DNA of 56,927 nt from Bacillales bacterium (GCA_016288635.1 JAEEKZ010000047.1:1-56927), one strand, 5' to 3'; positions 41,521 to 52,798 are shown, numbered from the stretch's first letter. Made by a program: numbers and translations. The notes: a model not told the origin generated them from the sequence alone.

Positions 41521-41605
41521 ATTATCACCCATTTAATTGTACCAAATTGACTATGTAAAGTCCATAAATTAGAAATAAAAAAATACTTAATAAATAAGTA
41601 TTTTT

Positions 41606-43825
41606 TTATTTTTTCTTCCAAATTGCATATAGAGTTTTTGTTCCTGATTCTACTATATTAACAACCTTATCATTGTCTTTATAAACAACACCAGAATTAA
41701 GTGAAGTTCCCCATCCAGTAAACTCATATCCTTCTTTAACAAATATGTTCTTTCTTAATAAACATTCTTTATCTCTTTCACATTTCGTTTCATCCATATG
41801 TCCTGTTCCACCAGTGGCATTATAAACAATAGTGTATGTTCCTAAATCCCAAGTAGCTTCAAAATGAATTATTTTATCTTCCTTAGTTGTAAGAGCAACA
41901 AAGTATTCTCCTTTTGCTAGATAAGAACCATCAGTTCCAGGATTAGCAAATTTCTGGGTAATACTTTGTGAAGTGGCTCCATATTTAGCTTGTTCTATAT
42001 TATCTACGCCAGTTACTTTCCAACCAGCAAAATCATAGCCTTCTTTAACTGGTTTTGGCACTTTAATGACATCTGTAAATCCTACGGCTTCAGGAGCTTC
42101 ATCAATCATCTTACCACCAGCAGTATCTATCTCAATTTTATAGCCAATTGCTTCCCAGTTAGCAATAAAAGTTATGTTCCCATTAGATAAAGAAGACAAT
42201 CTTTTAAAACTAAATCCACCATCTGGAGAAAGATCTTTAGGTTCAATTATTTCTAAACCATCCCATGATTTTTCGATTGAACTACCTTTTTCTATATAAA
42301 CTGCTGAATTTGCATAAACTCCAACGGCTGTCCATCCTTTAAATTTAAATCCAGGCTTGATTGGGTTTGGCAGTGTTACAGCATCACTATATAGGATACC
42401 TTCTCCATTAAGAGGATCATATTTATATAAATCTTTATCACAATAAGTAGTGCCAAAACATCCACCATTCAAGTTATATGAAATTTTATATTTTATTTCT
42501 TCCCATGCAGCAGATAATATAACTGTACCTGAGTTTTCCTTTAAATTCATAAAGAATGTCGTATCCACGGGATTTTCGCCACTAAATTTGTTAGAAATCG
42601 AGTTTACGGAAGATCCATACTTAGCATTCGATCCAAGATTAGTTGCTGTCCATCCTTTAAATCTAAAACCAGGTTTAGTTGGTTTTGAAACATTAACTGC
42701 TCTACCTGTTGTACCAAATGTAGGACTATTTACACCAGCAGTACCCCCATTTAAATTATATGAAATACTATATGACTTTGTTGTCCAATTTATATACAAA
42801 TTCAAGCCATTAGTAGCCGCTACTTTATATAAATCATTAGTAAATCTACCATTAGAGTTAATATATTGCGTTCCTAAACCATCTTTAGAAGTATAGAATC
42901 CATCAAAATATTTTCCCGTTGTAGATGAAATACTTGGAATTGGTTCATTAACACATCTTGTTAAATTCGAATCAATAAAATATATACATCCTTTTTCACT
43001 TACAGTATTATATTTATAATATATAAACGAAGAACCATCAACAAGTGAATCTAAAGTGACCTTATATACATTAGGTTCCCAAATTGCATACAAAATTAAA
43101 CCGTTATTTGATTCAGAAACTATACTGGTTTCATCGTATAACCTACCATTTTCTTTTTCATCATACCATCCGGCTAAATGATATCCTTCAAATTTTCTTG
43201 TCTCAGGGAAAGTAAACTTTTCATCAACTCTTTCAAGGAATTGTTCGTCTAATTTTTCGCCAGTTGGATAATTATAATTATATGTAACATATACTGTGTT
43301 ATAACATTTTTCACTGCCGCCAGATTGAACAACACAATATTTTAATTGAGCATTATTAGAAATATATGTAAATAATGTTTCATTCTTCTCTCCCGTAGGA
43401 TAAGAATATTTAATCTTTATATCAAATGTACTTGATACATTTGATGCTTTTGTAGGATTAATTACAACATTTTCTTTATCGAATTTAACATCATAATTAA
43501 TTAGTTTATATACTTTATTTTCTCCCAGAAAATTAGTATAAGTAAATGATGAATTATTATAATATAAACTTGCCTTAGATGAAGCAGATCTAAACTCAAT
43601 TTTATTACCACTATAATTAATTAAAACGCTATCTAAAGTTTGAGTATCTAAATCAGCTTTTATATTATTTAGAAGTGTAGTAATTTTTTCATCATTTTGT
43701 CCAGAGTAATTTGCAGAATCAGAGTCTCTTTTTTCAATAAGCATTTTATATCCAATGAACCCTATCACGCCCATTAAAGCCAAGACAATAATAGCCTCTA
43801 AAATTCCTAGTAATATTTTTTTCAC
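41606..43825 (-). CDS. Membrane-anchored surface protein with about six InlB B-type (Listeria-Bacteroides) repeats
   Basis: N-terminal TM; repeats of YxIxYNxNGG...KxGYxFxGW...LYAxW. Confidence 0.85.
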   Translation of the reverse strand: MKKILLGILEAIIVLALMGVIGFIGYKMLIEKRDSDSANYSGQNDEKITTLLNNIKADLDTQTLDSVLINYSGNKIEFRSASSKASLYYNNSSFTYTNFLGENKVYKLINYDVKFDKENVVINPTKASNVSSTFDIKIKYSYPTGEKNETLFTYISNNAQLKYCVVQSGGSEKCYNTVYVTYNYNYPTGEKLDEQFLERVDEKFTFPETRKFEGYHLAGWYDEKENGRLYDETSIVSESNNGLILYAIWEPNVYKVTLDSLVDGSSFIYYKYNTVSEKGCIYFIDSNLTRCVNEPIPSISSTTGKYFDGFYTSKDGLGTQYINSNGRFTNDLYKVAATNGLNLYINWTTKSYSISYNLNGGTAGVNSPTFGTTGRAVNVSKPTKPGFRFKGWTATNLGSNAKYGSSVNSISNKFSGENPVDTTFFMNLKENSGTVILSAAWEEIKYKISYNLNGGCFGTTYCDKDLYKYDPLNGEGILYSDAVTLPNPIKPGFKFKGWTAVGVYANSAVYIEKGSSIEKSWDGLEIIEPKDLSPDGGFSFKRLSSLSNGNITFIANWEAIGYKIEIDTAGGKMIDEAPEAVGFTDVIKVPKPVKEGYDFAGWKVTGVDNIEQAKYGATSQSITQKFANPGTDGSYLAKGEYFVALTTKEDKIIHFEATWDLGTYTIVYNATGGTGHMDETKCERDKECLLRKNIFVKEGYEFTGWGTSLNSGVVYKDNDKVVNIVESGTKTLYAIWKKK

Positions 43826-43901
43826 ACTACTCACCTATTTTCTAATTATAGTATACCATGATGTCATTTTTTATGTACATATTTTATTAATTGTTTACAT
43901 C

Positions 43902-43926
43902 AAAAAAAGCACTAATATTAGTGCTT
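43902..43926 (-). terminator. Intrinsic terminator after dnaJ
   Basis: AAGCACTAA-ta-TTAGTGCTT plus T run on the minus strand. Confidence 0.7.
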
Positions 43927-45055
43927 ATAAATACTTTTTAAACTTCTTGAAAGAATCATCAGTTTCCAAATCAGTTTCTGCTAATTGTTGTAATAATTCT
44001 TTTTGTTGTCTATTTAACTTTGTTGGCATAATTATATTAACAACAACATACATATCACCTTTAGTACTGCTTTTTGGCGACTTAATTCCCTTTCCTTTTA
44101 GCTTTAATTTTGTATAGTTTTGTGTTCCTGGATCAATTTGCATTACAACACTACCAGTAAGTGTAGGTACTTCTTTTTTACATCCTAAAATAGCATCAGT
44201 AATTGTAATAGGGACTTCTAGATAAATATCTTTTCCATCTCTTTCAAACAAAGGATGTTCCTTAACATGGAATTCTAAATAGATATCTCCATTTGGTCCA
44301 CCATTTATACCAGCTTCACCTTTTCCAGATATTCTTAATTCATATCCATTATCTACACCTTCAGGAATATCAACTGCGATTGTTTTTCTAGTCTTAATTA
44401 AACCTGTACCACTACATTTAGAACAAGACTTTTTATAACTCTTTCCTTTTCCTTTACAAGTTGAGCAAGTCTTTTGTGTTTGCATAACTCCAAATATTGT
44501 TGATTGTTGTTCAATAACTTTACCTCTTCCACCGCAAGTTGGACAAGTTATTTCATCAAATCCACCTTTTCCAGAACATTCACTACATGATTCATTTAAA
44601 TCTAGTTTAATGTCTTTTTTACAGCCAAATACAGCCTCATCAAAAGTTAAATCAATATCAACTTTGACATCAGGCCCTCTTCTTGGTCCGTTTCTTCTTG
44701 CTGTACTGCCGAAACCACCAGAAAATCCACCGCCAAATAAGTCTCCCAAAATATCATCTAAGTTAATATCAACACCATCGAAGCCACCAAAACCACCAAA
44801 GCCACCAGAATATCCTCCGGCACCTCCTCCGTTTTGGAATGCAGCAGAGCCAAATTGATCATATTGTCTTCTTTTGTTTTCATCAGACAACACTGCATAA
44901 GCTTCACCAATTTCTTTAAACTTAGCTTCATCACCTGTTTGTTTATTATCAGGGTGATATTGCTTAGCTAACTTACGAAAAGCACTTTTTATTTCACTAT
45001 CAGATGCATCTTTAGACACACCTAAAATATCATAATAATCTTTACCTGAGGCCAT
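43925..45055 (-). CDS. dnaJ: Chaperone DnaJ
   Basis: J domain with HPD, G/F region, four CxxCxGxG repeats. Confidence 0.97.
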   Translation of the reverse strand: MASGKDYYDILGVSKDASDSEIKSAFRKLAKQYHPDNKQTGDEAKFKEIGEAYAVLSDENKRRQYDQFGSAAFQNGGGAGGYSGGFGGFGGFDGVDINLDDILGDLFGGGFSGGFGSTARRNGPRRGPDVKVDIDLTFDEAVFGCKKDIKLDLNESCSECSGKGGFDEITCPTCGGRGKVIEQQSTIFGVMQTQKTCSTCKGKGKSYKKSCSKCSGTGLIKTRKTIAVDIPEGVDNGYELRISGKGEAGINGGPNGDIYLEFHVKEHPLFERDGKDIYLEVPITITDAILGCKKEVPTLTGSVVMQIDPGTQNYTKLKLKGKGIKSPKSSTKGDMYVVVNIIMPTKLNRQQKELLQQLAETDLETDDSFKKFKKYL

Positions 45056-46851
45056 TATTTTTCACCTTCTTTGCTTATTTTAACAAATTGATCTAATAAA
45101 GAATCAAAATATTTAATTGCTTCTTCATATACTTTTTTATCTTCCAAATCAACATCAAGAATTCTAAATGCATCAATAGGCCATACATTTGAACCAGTAC
45201 TTAAGAATTTAATGTATTTATCCAACATATCTTTATTACCATTAATAATATTACTTGCTACAAATAATGCAACACTAATACAAAATGCATAATTAAATAA
45301 ATAATAATTCATATAGTAATGACTTCTTCTAGCCCATGATAAGCCAGAATATTCATCATACTCTACTTCTTTTCCGGAATATTTTTTTATAGAATCAAGC
45401 GTGATTTTATCCATATAATCTTTAGTAATAGCATTACCACTATCTACATAATTATAGAAATCTTGTTCTAGTTTTCCTTCTCTAACGGCTCCAAATAAAT
45501 TACTAATTACTACTTCGATAATATTATTTATTCCCGCTAGTTTTTCTTCTTTAGAGGTACTATTATTAGCTAAATAATGAGAAAGTAAACATTCATTAGT
45601 TAATGATGCTACTTCACTAACTAAACTAGAAACATTAACATAAGGCATATCATTATTTGCTTTTACAAATTGATGATGAACATTATGTCCTCCCTCATGT
45701 ATCAATGTAGATACAGATGAAAGATTAGAATTAAAACTCATCAATATACGAGAATCTTTAGATAATGTTGAAAGAGAATATCCTCCAGAACATTTTCCAG
45801 GATATTGAGCATAATCAACATATCTATTATCTATTATTTTCTTAAATGCTTTACAATATTCTTTTCCTAATGGCTCAACAGCTTTCATACATAATTCTTG
45901 AGCTTCTTCGATAGAATATTCTTTATCACTTTTAGCCATATCTAATTGCAAATCATATTGATATAGTTTATCTAAACCTAAAGTATCTTTAAATATTCTT
46001 AAATATTTTTGATAAGATTTAACATTTTCTTCAGTTGTGTTAATTAATGCATCATATGCTTTATTTGGCATGTTAAGATTAAATAACTTAGCATCCCAAG
46101 CATTCTTGAAATTATGCAATTTTGCATCAGTAATATTAGCTTTAACATATCCATTTAAGAATTGAGCTGAAGAATTAGAATATCTATCTAGTGTTTTAGA
46201 ATATTTTTCTCTAACTTCTTTTCTAATATTTCTATCTTTATTTTCCATTAGTTTATGATAGTTAGTAGATGAAATAGTTTCTACAACTCCATCAATTTCC
46301 ACAGTACCATAATCATGTTCTTTATTAAGCATTGTAGAACTCATTTCTTCAAAATGATTCATTGCATTATTTAATTCAGCAATTATAGTCTCACTTTTTT
46401 CATCTAATATATGTTCTTTGCTTCTATATGTTTTATCAAGTAAATTCTTATATTTATTAAGTTCTTTATACTTAAATAAGTCTTCATATTCTTTTTTATT
46501 TAAAGTAAGTAATTCTGAATCAAAAAAGTTGGAGTTAACAACAAATTGATTAAATAAATCAGCAGATTTAGATAATCTTTCCATATTCTTAGAAACACCT
46601 AATTCTTGATCACTAATTAAATATGCATATCCCTCTAGGTTTTCTACCATATCATAAGCTTCAAAAAACTTATCTAAAAACTCTTTTACTTTTTTAGCAT
46701 CTTTTGTACAACCCTTATAACTATTTAAAGATTTGATTATCTTACTACATTTTTTAAAACAATCTTCAAATTCTTTATCATTTTTATAAAAGTCAGTTAA
46801 ATCCCATTTATACTTTTCTGGTACATCTTTTCTTGATTTGTATTTATGCAT
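45055..46851 (-). CDS. pepF: Oligoendopeptidase F (M3B)
   Basis: KWDL, GKCSGGY, HEGGH, EVAS, HYY motif set. Confidence 0.9.
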   Translation of the reverse strand: MHKYKSRKDVPEKYKWDLTDFYKNDKEFEDCFKKCSKIIKSLNSYKGCTKDAKKVKEFLDKFFEAYDMVENLEGYAYLISDQELGVSKNMERLSKSADLFNQFVVNSNFFDSELLTLNKKEYEDLFKYKELNKYKNLLDKTYRSKEHILDEKSETIIAELNNAMNHFEEMSSTMLNKEHDYGTVEIDGVVETISSTNYHKLMENKDRNIRKEVREKYSKTLDRYSNSSAQFLNGYVKANITDAKLHNFKNAWDAKLFNLNMPNKAYDALINTTEENVKSYQKYLRIFKDTLGLDKLYQYDLQLDMAKSDKEYSIEEAQELCMKAVEPLGKEYCKAFKKIIDNRYVDYAQYPGKCSGGYSLSTLSKDSRILMSFNSNLSSVSTLIHEGGHNVHHQFVKANNDMPYVNVSSLVSEVASLTNECLLSHYLANNSTSKEEKLAGINNIIEVVISNLFGAVREGKLEQDFYNYVDSGNAITKDYMDKITLDSIKKYSGKEVEYDEYSGLSWARRSHYYMNYYLFNYAFCISVALFVASNIINGNKDMLDKYIKFLSTGSNVWPIDAFRILDVDLEDKKVYEEAIKYFDSLLDQFVKISKEGEK

Positions 46852-46874
46852 TGCAATTCCTTTCTAATATCAAC

Positions 46875-46902
46875 TAAAAGTTCTAGTTTCCTAGAACTTT
46901 TA
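46875..46902. terminator. Hairpin/terminator between dnaK and pepF
   Basis: TAAAAGTTCTAG-tttc-CTAGAACTTTTA. Confidence 0.7.
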
Positions 46903-46915
46903 TATTTTACATTAA

Positions 46916-48754
46916 TTATTTTTCTTCGTAATGTGCTTCTTGTACATCATCGCTCTTGTTTGATGATCCATTATCAGATGTTTCACTATCACTTGTTGAT
47001 TCAGTTTGAGCATTAGCTTTTGCAGCTTCTTCATATACTTTAGCGCCTAAATCCATAGCAATTTTTTGTAAATCTTCACTCTTCTTCTTAATATCATCAA
47101 TATCTTTTCCTTCAAGAGCTTTCTTTAATTCTTTAATCTTATCTTCAGCGTTTTCTTTATCCTTAGTAGATACTTTATCTTTTAAGTCTTCAAGAGCTTT
47201 TTCAGTGTTATTTATAATTGAATCAGCTTCATTTCTAACATCAGCTTCTTCTTTTCTCTTTTCATCTGCAGCTTTATTAGCTTCAGCTTCTTTAACCATC
47301 TTATCAATTTCTTCATCAGATAAGTTAGTTGAATTAGAAATTGTAATTGATTGTTCCTTATTAGTTCCTAAATCTTTTGCAGTTACATGAACAATACCAT
47401 TAGCATCGATATCAAATTTAACTTCGATTTGAGGTACTCCACGTCTTGCGGGTAAGATATTAGTTAATTGGAAGTTACCTAATGACTTATTATCTTGAGC
47501 CATTGGTCTTTCACCTTGTAATACATTAATATCTACAGCAGGTTGATTATCTACAGCAGTAGAGAATACTTGAGATTTGCTTGTAGGAATTGTTGTATTT
47601 CTTGGAATTAAAACAGTCATAACATTACCTAATGTTTCAACACCTAATGATAATGGTGTAACATCTAGTAATACGATATCATCAACTTCACCAGTTAATA
47701 CACCACCTTGAATTGCAGCACCCATTGCTACAACTTCATCGGGGTTAACACTCTTATTAGGTTCTTGTCCTAATTCCTTTTTAACCAATTCTTGGATGTA
47801 TGGAATTCTTGAAGATCCACCAACCATGATTACTTTATCAATATCACTAGCCTTCATATTAGCATCTTTTAATGCTTTTCTAACTGGCTCTAATGTTGAA
47901 TCAAATAAATCTTTACATAATGATTCAAATTTAGCCTTAGTTAATGTCATATCTAAGTGTAATGGATTTCCATCTTTTTGAGTAATGAATGGTAATGAGA
48001 TTTGTGCTGTAGTCATACCAGATAAGTCTTTCTTAGCTTTTTCTGCAGCATCTTTAACTCTTTGCATTGCCATTGAGTCTCCAGATAAATCTACACCTTG
48101 TTCTTTTTTAAATTCTTCAACTAAATAGTCAGAAACAATCTTATCAAAGTCATCTCCACCCAAACGGTTATTACCGCTTGTAGATTTAACTTCAAATACA
48201 CCATCACCTAATTCAAGGATTGATACATCGAATGTTCCTCCACCTAAGTCATATACTAAAATAGTTTGTGATTTATCTTGTTTATCAAGTCCATAAGCTA
48301 GTGCAGCAGCAGTAGGTTCATTAATAATTCTTTCTACTTCTAATCCTGCTATCTTACCTGCATTCTTAGTTGCTTGACGTTGTGCATCGTTGAAATATGC
48401 TGGAACAGTAATAACAGCTTTTTTTACAGGCTCTCCCAAGTAACTTTCTGCATCTTTCTTTAATTTAGCAAGAATTTTTGCAGAAATTTCTTCTGGAGTA
48501 TATTCTTTTCCATTAGCTTCAACTTTTTCACTAGTACCCATCTTTCTCTTAATAGATGAGATAGTATTTTTTACATTAGTAACAGCTTGTCTTTTTGCAG
48601 TTTCTCCAACTAATTCTTCTTCTCCTTTAAATGCTACAACTGAAGGAGTTGTTCTTCCTCCTTCTGGATTTGTAATAACTTTTGGTTCTCCACCTTCTAG
48701 TACAGCAACACATGAGTTTGTTGTACCTAAATCTATTCCTATAATTTTACTCAT
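46916..48754 (-). CDS. dnaK: Chaperone DnaK
   Basis: [32 protein letters not shown]. Confidence 0.98.
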   Translation of the reverse strand: MSKIIGIDLGTTNSCVAVLEGGEPKVITNPEGGRTTPSVVAFKGEEELVGETAKRQAVTNVKNTISSIKRKMGTSEKVEANGKEYTPEEISAKILAKLKKDAESYLGEPVKKAVITVPAYFNDAQRQATKNAGKIAGLEVERIINEPTAAALAYGLDKQDKSQTILVYDLGGGTFDVSILELGDGVFEVKSTSGNNRLGGDDFDKIVSDYLVEEFKKEQGVDLSGDSMAMQRVKDAAEKAKKDLSGMTTAQISLPFITQKDGNPLHLDMTLTKAKFESLCKDLFDSTLEPVRKALKDANMKASDIDKVIMVGGSSRIPYIQELVKKELGQEPNKSVNPDEVVAMGAAIQGGVLTGEVDDIVLLDVTPLSLGVETLGNVMTVLIPRNTTIPTSKSQVFSTAVDNQPAVDINVLQGERPMAQDNKSLGNFQLTNILPARRGVPQIEVKFDIDANGIVHVTAKDLGTNKEQSITISNSTNLSDEEIDKMVKEAEANKAADEKRKEEADVRNEADSIINNTEKALEDLKDKVSTKDKENAEDKIKELKKALEGKDIDDIKKKSEDLQKIAMDLGAKVYEEAAKANAQTESTSDSETSDNGSSNKSDDVQEAHYEEK

Positions 48755-48784
48755 AATTAATCATCTACCCTTTCATATATAAAA

Positions 48785-49369
48785 TTATTTATTTACTTTA
48801 ACCATTGCTACACGCAAAACTTTATCTTTATACATATAACCTTTTTGCATGCAATCAATAACAGTGTTCATTGGTTTTCCTTCAACAGTATCAACCATAA
48901 CAGCTTCCATTGTGCTAGGATCAAATTCTTTATCAATACATTCTATTTCTTGTACTCCATATGCTTGAAGTATTGAAATTAATTGCCCATAGATAAGTTT
49001 AAATCCCGCTAAGAACTTAGATAATTCTTCTGTTAAATTAGGATTATCTAATTTAAGTGCCCTTTCAAAATTATCAACAATTGGAAGTAATTCCTTTATA
49101 AACTTCTCACCATCATACATTAGCAAATTACTACGTTCTTCTTCAAAACGTCTTTTCATATTTTGCATATCCGCAGAAATACGTAAAAGTTTGTCATTTA
49201 AAGCAGCTTTTTGTAAGTATAATGTTTCAACTTCAGCTTTTAAAGCAGCATTTACTTCTTGTTCGTTATTTTTTTGTTCATGTTGCTGTTGGTGTTGCTT
49301 ATCATGTTTATTTTCATGTTTTTGATTTTGTACTTGGTTTTGTTTTTTCTTTTCTTCTTTTTCCATCAT
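48785..49369 (-). CDS. grpE: Nucleotide exchange factor GrpE
   Basis: ADMQNMKRR, LLPIVDNFERAL, FDP, QKGY...LRVAMV. Confidence 0.95.
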   Translation of the reverse strand: MMEKEEKKKQNQVQNQKHENKHDKQHQQQHEQKNNEQEVNAALKAEVETLYLQKAALNDKLLRISADMQNMKRRFEEERSNLLMYDGEKFIKELLPIVDNFERALKLDNPNLTEELSKFLAGFKLIYGQLISILQAYGVQEIECIDKEFDPSTMEAVMVDTVEGKPMNTVIDCMQKGYMYKDKVLRVAMVKVNK

Positions 49370-50373
49370 TTGTTCCTTTCATCAATGTTCTGTTGAATTA
49401 GGTTTAACATACTAACCACTTTTCCATAGTCCATACGTTTAGGACCAATAATAGCAATTGTACCTTCTTCTCCATCTATATTATAATTTTTCTTAATAAT
49501 TGTTACATTTGAATCTAGATCATTATCACTACCGATACATATTTGAACATCATTTGAATTATCTACTCTAGAAATACTCTTAATAATATTCTCATCATCA
49601 AGTTTATTGGCAATTCTTTTTATTTCTTCAACATTATCATATTCAGGTTGTTGAAATAATTTATTTCTACCAGTAACTCTTACAGTACCTTGTTGATTAT
49701 CAACAAAATCATTAAATGCATTATAGAATATATTATAGATTGCTTCATATTGATTCATTTGAGCAACTATAACTGGTTTTACATCAAGTTCTAGTCTTTC
49801 AGACACTTCGTCAATTGGTGTACCTACAAGCATTTTATTTATAATTTCACAAGCTTTATTTAATTCTTTAAAATCTATATCATCCGGTAAAGAGAATTTT
49901 TTGTTTTCTACGATACCTTTATCTGTACAAACTAAGGCTACAACATGATTTTTGTCTAAAGAAATAATATCAACTTTTTGTAACAAATTATCTCTACTAT
50001 TTTTACCCAAAATAATACTTGTATAATTTGTTAAATCACTAATTATTTGCATACATTCATTAATAGCATCAGAAATAACTAATTTTTGGTTTTGAAATAT
50101 TGCTTGTAACTTAAGCATTTCCTTACCATTTAGCTTTTCGGGTTCCATTAAATGTTCAACATAATATTTGTATCCTTTTTCACTTGGAACTCTACCGCTT
50201 GAAACGTGGTTTTTTTCAAGTAAACCAATACTTTCTAAATAAGCCATTTCATTTCTTATTGTTGCGCTTGAGCAGTGGAATTTCCCACATAAAACTTTTG
50301 AGCCAACAGGCTTAACTGTTTTTATATAAGCTTCAACAATTGCCTTTAGAATATTCTCTTGTCTTTTATCCAT
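49366..50373 (-). CDS. hrcA: Heat-inducible repressor HrcA
   Basis: PVGS, SSATIRNEM, SSGRVPS, IIGPKRMDY. Confidence 0.96.
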   Translation of the reverse strand: MDKRQENILKAIVEAYIKTVKPVGSKVLCGKFHCSSATIRNEMAYLESIGLLEKNHVSSGRVPSEKGYKYYVEHLMEPEKLNGKEMLKLQAIFQNQKLVISDAINECMQIISDLTNYTSIILGKNSRDNLLQKVDIISLDKNHVVALVCTDKGIVENKKFSLPDDIDFKELNKACEIINKMLVGTPIDEVSERLELDVKPVIVAQMNQYEAIYNIFYNAFNDFVDNQQGTVRVTGRNKLFQQPEYDNVEEIKRIANKLDDENIIKSISRVDNSNDVQICIGSDNDLDSNVTIIKKNYNIDGEEGTIAIIGPKRMDYGKVVSMLNLIQQNIDERNK

Positions 50374-50387
50374 ATTCTATTACCTCT

Positions 50388-50414
50388 TTAGCACTGATAA
50401 CCTCTAAGTGCTAG
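50388..50414. promoter_or_regulatory. CIRCE operator 1 (overlaps the start of the hrcA leader)
   Basis: TTAGCACTG-N9-AAGTGCTAG vs consensus TTAGCACTC-N9-GAGTGCTAA. Confidence 0.88.
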
Positions 50415-50433
50415 AATCATTATATTATTAAAA

Positions 50434-50460
50434 TTAGCACTTGTCAATAGATAATGCTAA
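50434..50460. promoter_or_regulatory. CIRCE operator 2 overlapping the TTGACA -35 of the hrcA promoter
   Basis: TTAGCACTT-N9-TAATGCTAA; minus strand TTGACA-17 bp-TATAAT. Confidence 0.82.
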
Positions 50461-50505
50461 CAATTATGGCAATAAAAAAGATGCATCATTTTTGCATCCT
50501 TTTAT

Positions 50506-51732
50506 CTACACATTCGAAGCAACAGAAAACTCTCTACTATCTAAATTTAAAGTATAATAAACATTCTCATTAGCTCCATATATTGTAATTATATCGTTAT
50601 ATGAATCATTTTCATTTGATGGTGGAATAACAATATTCCATGAACTAGCATTCATACCAACTCCATCAAACATATAGTCCATATCAACTACCTTTGATGT
50701 ATCCCAAGAACTTATATTAATTGAGAAATTAGCACTATTATATCCAGCATTTAAGAACATACTATGCATATTGGATACGTTAGTTGTTTTCAAAAAATTT
50801 AATCCTGAAATCGTTTTCAAACTTTTAAATTGTTTATTCTCATCCAAATCACTAAATAAATACGATGAATCGCTATTAGCAAAAATATGCCCTGTTCCAT
50901 TTCCTGCGATAGTAACAATCTTTTGTGTAGAGTCTAAATAGCAAGTAACTGATTCGTTTTCAGAATCACTACAATCCCATTTTTTACTTTCCTTTCCAGT
51001 AGGTTTATAACTATCTACAATATTAATATCTGTAATATACGCCTTTTGATTTTCTATCTCATTACTCCAACTGGAACCTTGAGATAAAGTTGAAATAACA
51101 TAATCATCCTTTGTTAATACTATCTTAGTATCTATTGTTTTTCCTGCATTCATAGATTGATCCGTATCAAGATTAATAAATGATAATTCAAATATCCAAT
51201 CCTGTTTTTCTCCTGCAGCAGAATATGATAATATTTCATAATCTTCAGCTATTAAAATAATTCCACTTTCAGTAGTTATATCAAATCCTTGAAGTTCATT
51301 ATTATAAGTTAATCCTTCAACTTCTGTTAAGTATTCACCATCGGGATTAACTACTTTTAATAGCAGCTCCGTTTCATGATTATTAGTAGTGTATTCAAAA
51401 TTATTTTTAATTATATGGAAATACACATCATAATAATCAGTAGCTTCTAAAGTTTTAGTATTAGCCCTTAAAATAGCGCTAGAAGTAGTTGTAGAACTAA
51501 CATTACCCATTCCTTGAGCAAAATTGCCTTCAAATACATCTAAAGCTAAATCTTCACCCTTAATAAATGATAAACTATCACTTTTATATGTTCTTATTCC
51601 GACATTTGTTACAGCTGCATCACCAACTGTAGACTGAAAATAGGCATATGATACAGTTATAACTAAAGTAAACATAACAACTATTAATATCATAATACTT
51701 AGTCTACTTTTTTTATCAATAACTTGATACAT
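50506..51732 (-). CDS. Surface protein with TasA/CalY-like N-terminus and DUF285/BspA-like repeats
   Basis: Signal ending VSYAYF (SipW-type pattern); repeats TTNVSNMHSMF and WDTSKVVDMDYMF. Confidence 0.7.
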   Translation of the reverse strand: MYQVIDKKSRLSIMILIVVMFTLVITVSYAYFQSTVGDAAVTNVGIRTYKSDSLSFIKGEDLALDVFEGNFAQGMGNVSSTTTSSAILRANTKTLEATDYYDVYFHIIKNNFEYTTNNHETELLLKVVNPDGEYLTEVEGLTYNNELQGFDITTESGIILIAEDYEILSYSAAGEKQDWIFELSFINLDTDQSMNAGKTIDTKIVLTKDDYVISTLSQGSSWSNEIENQKAYITDINIVDSYKPTGKESKKWDCSDSENESVTCYLDSTQKIVTIAGNGTGHIFANSDSSYLFSDLDENKQFKSLKTISGLNFLKTTNVSNMHSMFLNAGYNSANFSINISSWDTSKVVDMDYMFDGVGMNASSWNIVIPPSNENDSYNDIITIYGANENVYYTLNLDSREFSVASNV

Positions 51733-51746
51733 ACCTTATCCTCCTC

Positions 51747-52703
51747 TTAAATGTCTAATTTATACCAATCCTTTTCTGAAGAAAATAACCATTCTAAACC
51801 ACGAGTTCTTTCACGAACATTATCGGGTATTAATCTTCCTATAGCAATATTTGAATTGTTTTTATTTTCTTTGCATGCCCAATTATATCTATAATATAAA
51901 TCATACATATCTAATATTTCTTTTTTATCTCTTAAAACACATTTTTCTTTGAAAGTATCCAATGTTTTTCCCTTTAATAAATCGATAATATATTGATAAT
52001 CACATAACAAAGTAGCATCCTTTATATCATCAACAAGAGATAGAGCATAAAGAATTGCCCAAACTGTTTCATATCCCCAATCTAAAGTTGCTAAATCTTC
52101 TTTAGTATATGTTCCATCAAAAACTCTTTGTTCTCTTTCATTAAAATAATCTAATACACCAAATTTTTCAAAAATCGGCATAAAGAATTTTAATGATCCA
52201 GCATAATTATCCCTTCTAACATCACACGCAACTTGAACAATTAAAATACTTGCAATAACCTTTTTACATATATCATCTAAATTTTTTAATTCAGCTTTAT
52301 CATCCTCAAGAGGAATATTAATATCATCACTAATAGAAATATTCAATTTTTGAATATATTCATTATTTGTTTTTCTTCTTTCATCCTGCACACTTAACTT
52401 TTCTGGTTCTTGATTAGCATGTAAATCTAATACTTTTTTAACCGTATCATTAAATGCGTCTTCATTAAAAGACAAACGCATTATTTTATTTTTTTGAGCA
52501 GCATAATAGAAAGTTTTCTTTTCAGTAACAACCTTAAATAGCGCATTATATCCACCACTTTCTATTACATATAAATATCCGAATCCAAAAGAAATATTTT
52601 CAATGTTATCATAATCCTCACCTTGTTTTAATGTCTTTAAAGCACATTTAACAAGTTTATATTTAACAGAGTCATTATTTATCTCATTACGTTCTTTTGT
52701 CAT
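51747..52703 (-). CDS. DUF4272-like protein with extra N-terminal domain
   Basis: WGYETVWAILYAL, LRDKKEILDMYDLYYRYNWA, ERTRGLEW. Confidence 0.75.
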   Translation of the reverse strand: MTKERNEINNDSVKYKLVKCALKTLKQGEDYDNIENISFGFGYLYVIESGGYNALFKVVTEKKTFYYAAQKNKIMRLSFNEDAFNDTVKKVLDLHANQEPEKLSVQDERRKTNNEYIQKLNISISDDINIPLEDDKAELKNLDDICKKVIASILIVQVACDVRRDNYAGSLKFFMPIFEKFGVLDYFNEREQRVFDGTYTKEDLATLDWGYETVWAILYALSLVDDIKDATLLCDYQYIIDLLKGKTLDTFKEKCVLRDKKEILDMYDLYYRYNWACKENKNNSNIAIGRLIPDNVRERTRGLEWLFSSEKDWYKLDI

Positions 52704-52798
52704 AGTTCTCCCTCTCTAGTCTTATACATATATTATATACCAACTATAATCAAACATAAAGAAAAAAATTAATAAAAAAAAGCGATTATTTCGCTCTT

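Noticed and set aside
43905-43926. AGCACTAA/TTAGTGCT as a third CIRCE
   Set aside because: The arms are only 2 nt apart rather than about 9, and it is followed by a T run after the dnaJ stop, so it is a terminator
49255-49369. Gln/His-rich N-terminus of GrpE
   Set aside because: Disordered, variable N-termini are normal for GrpE
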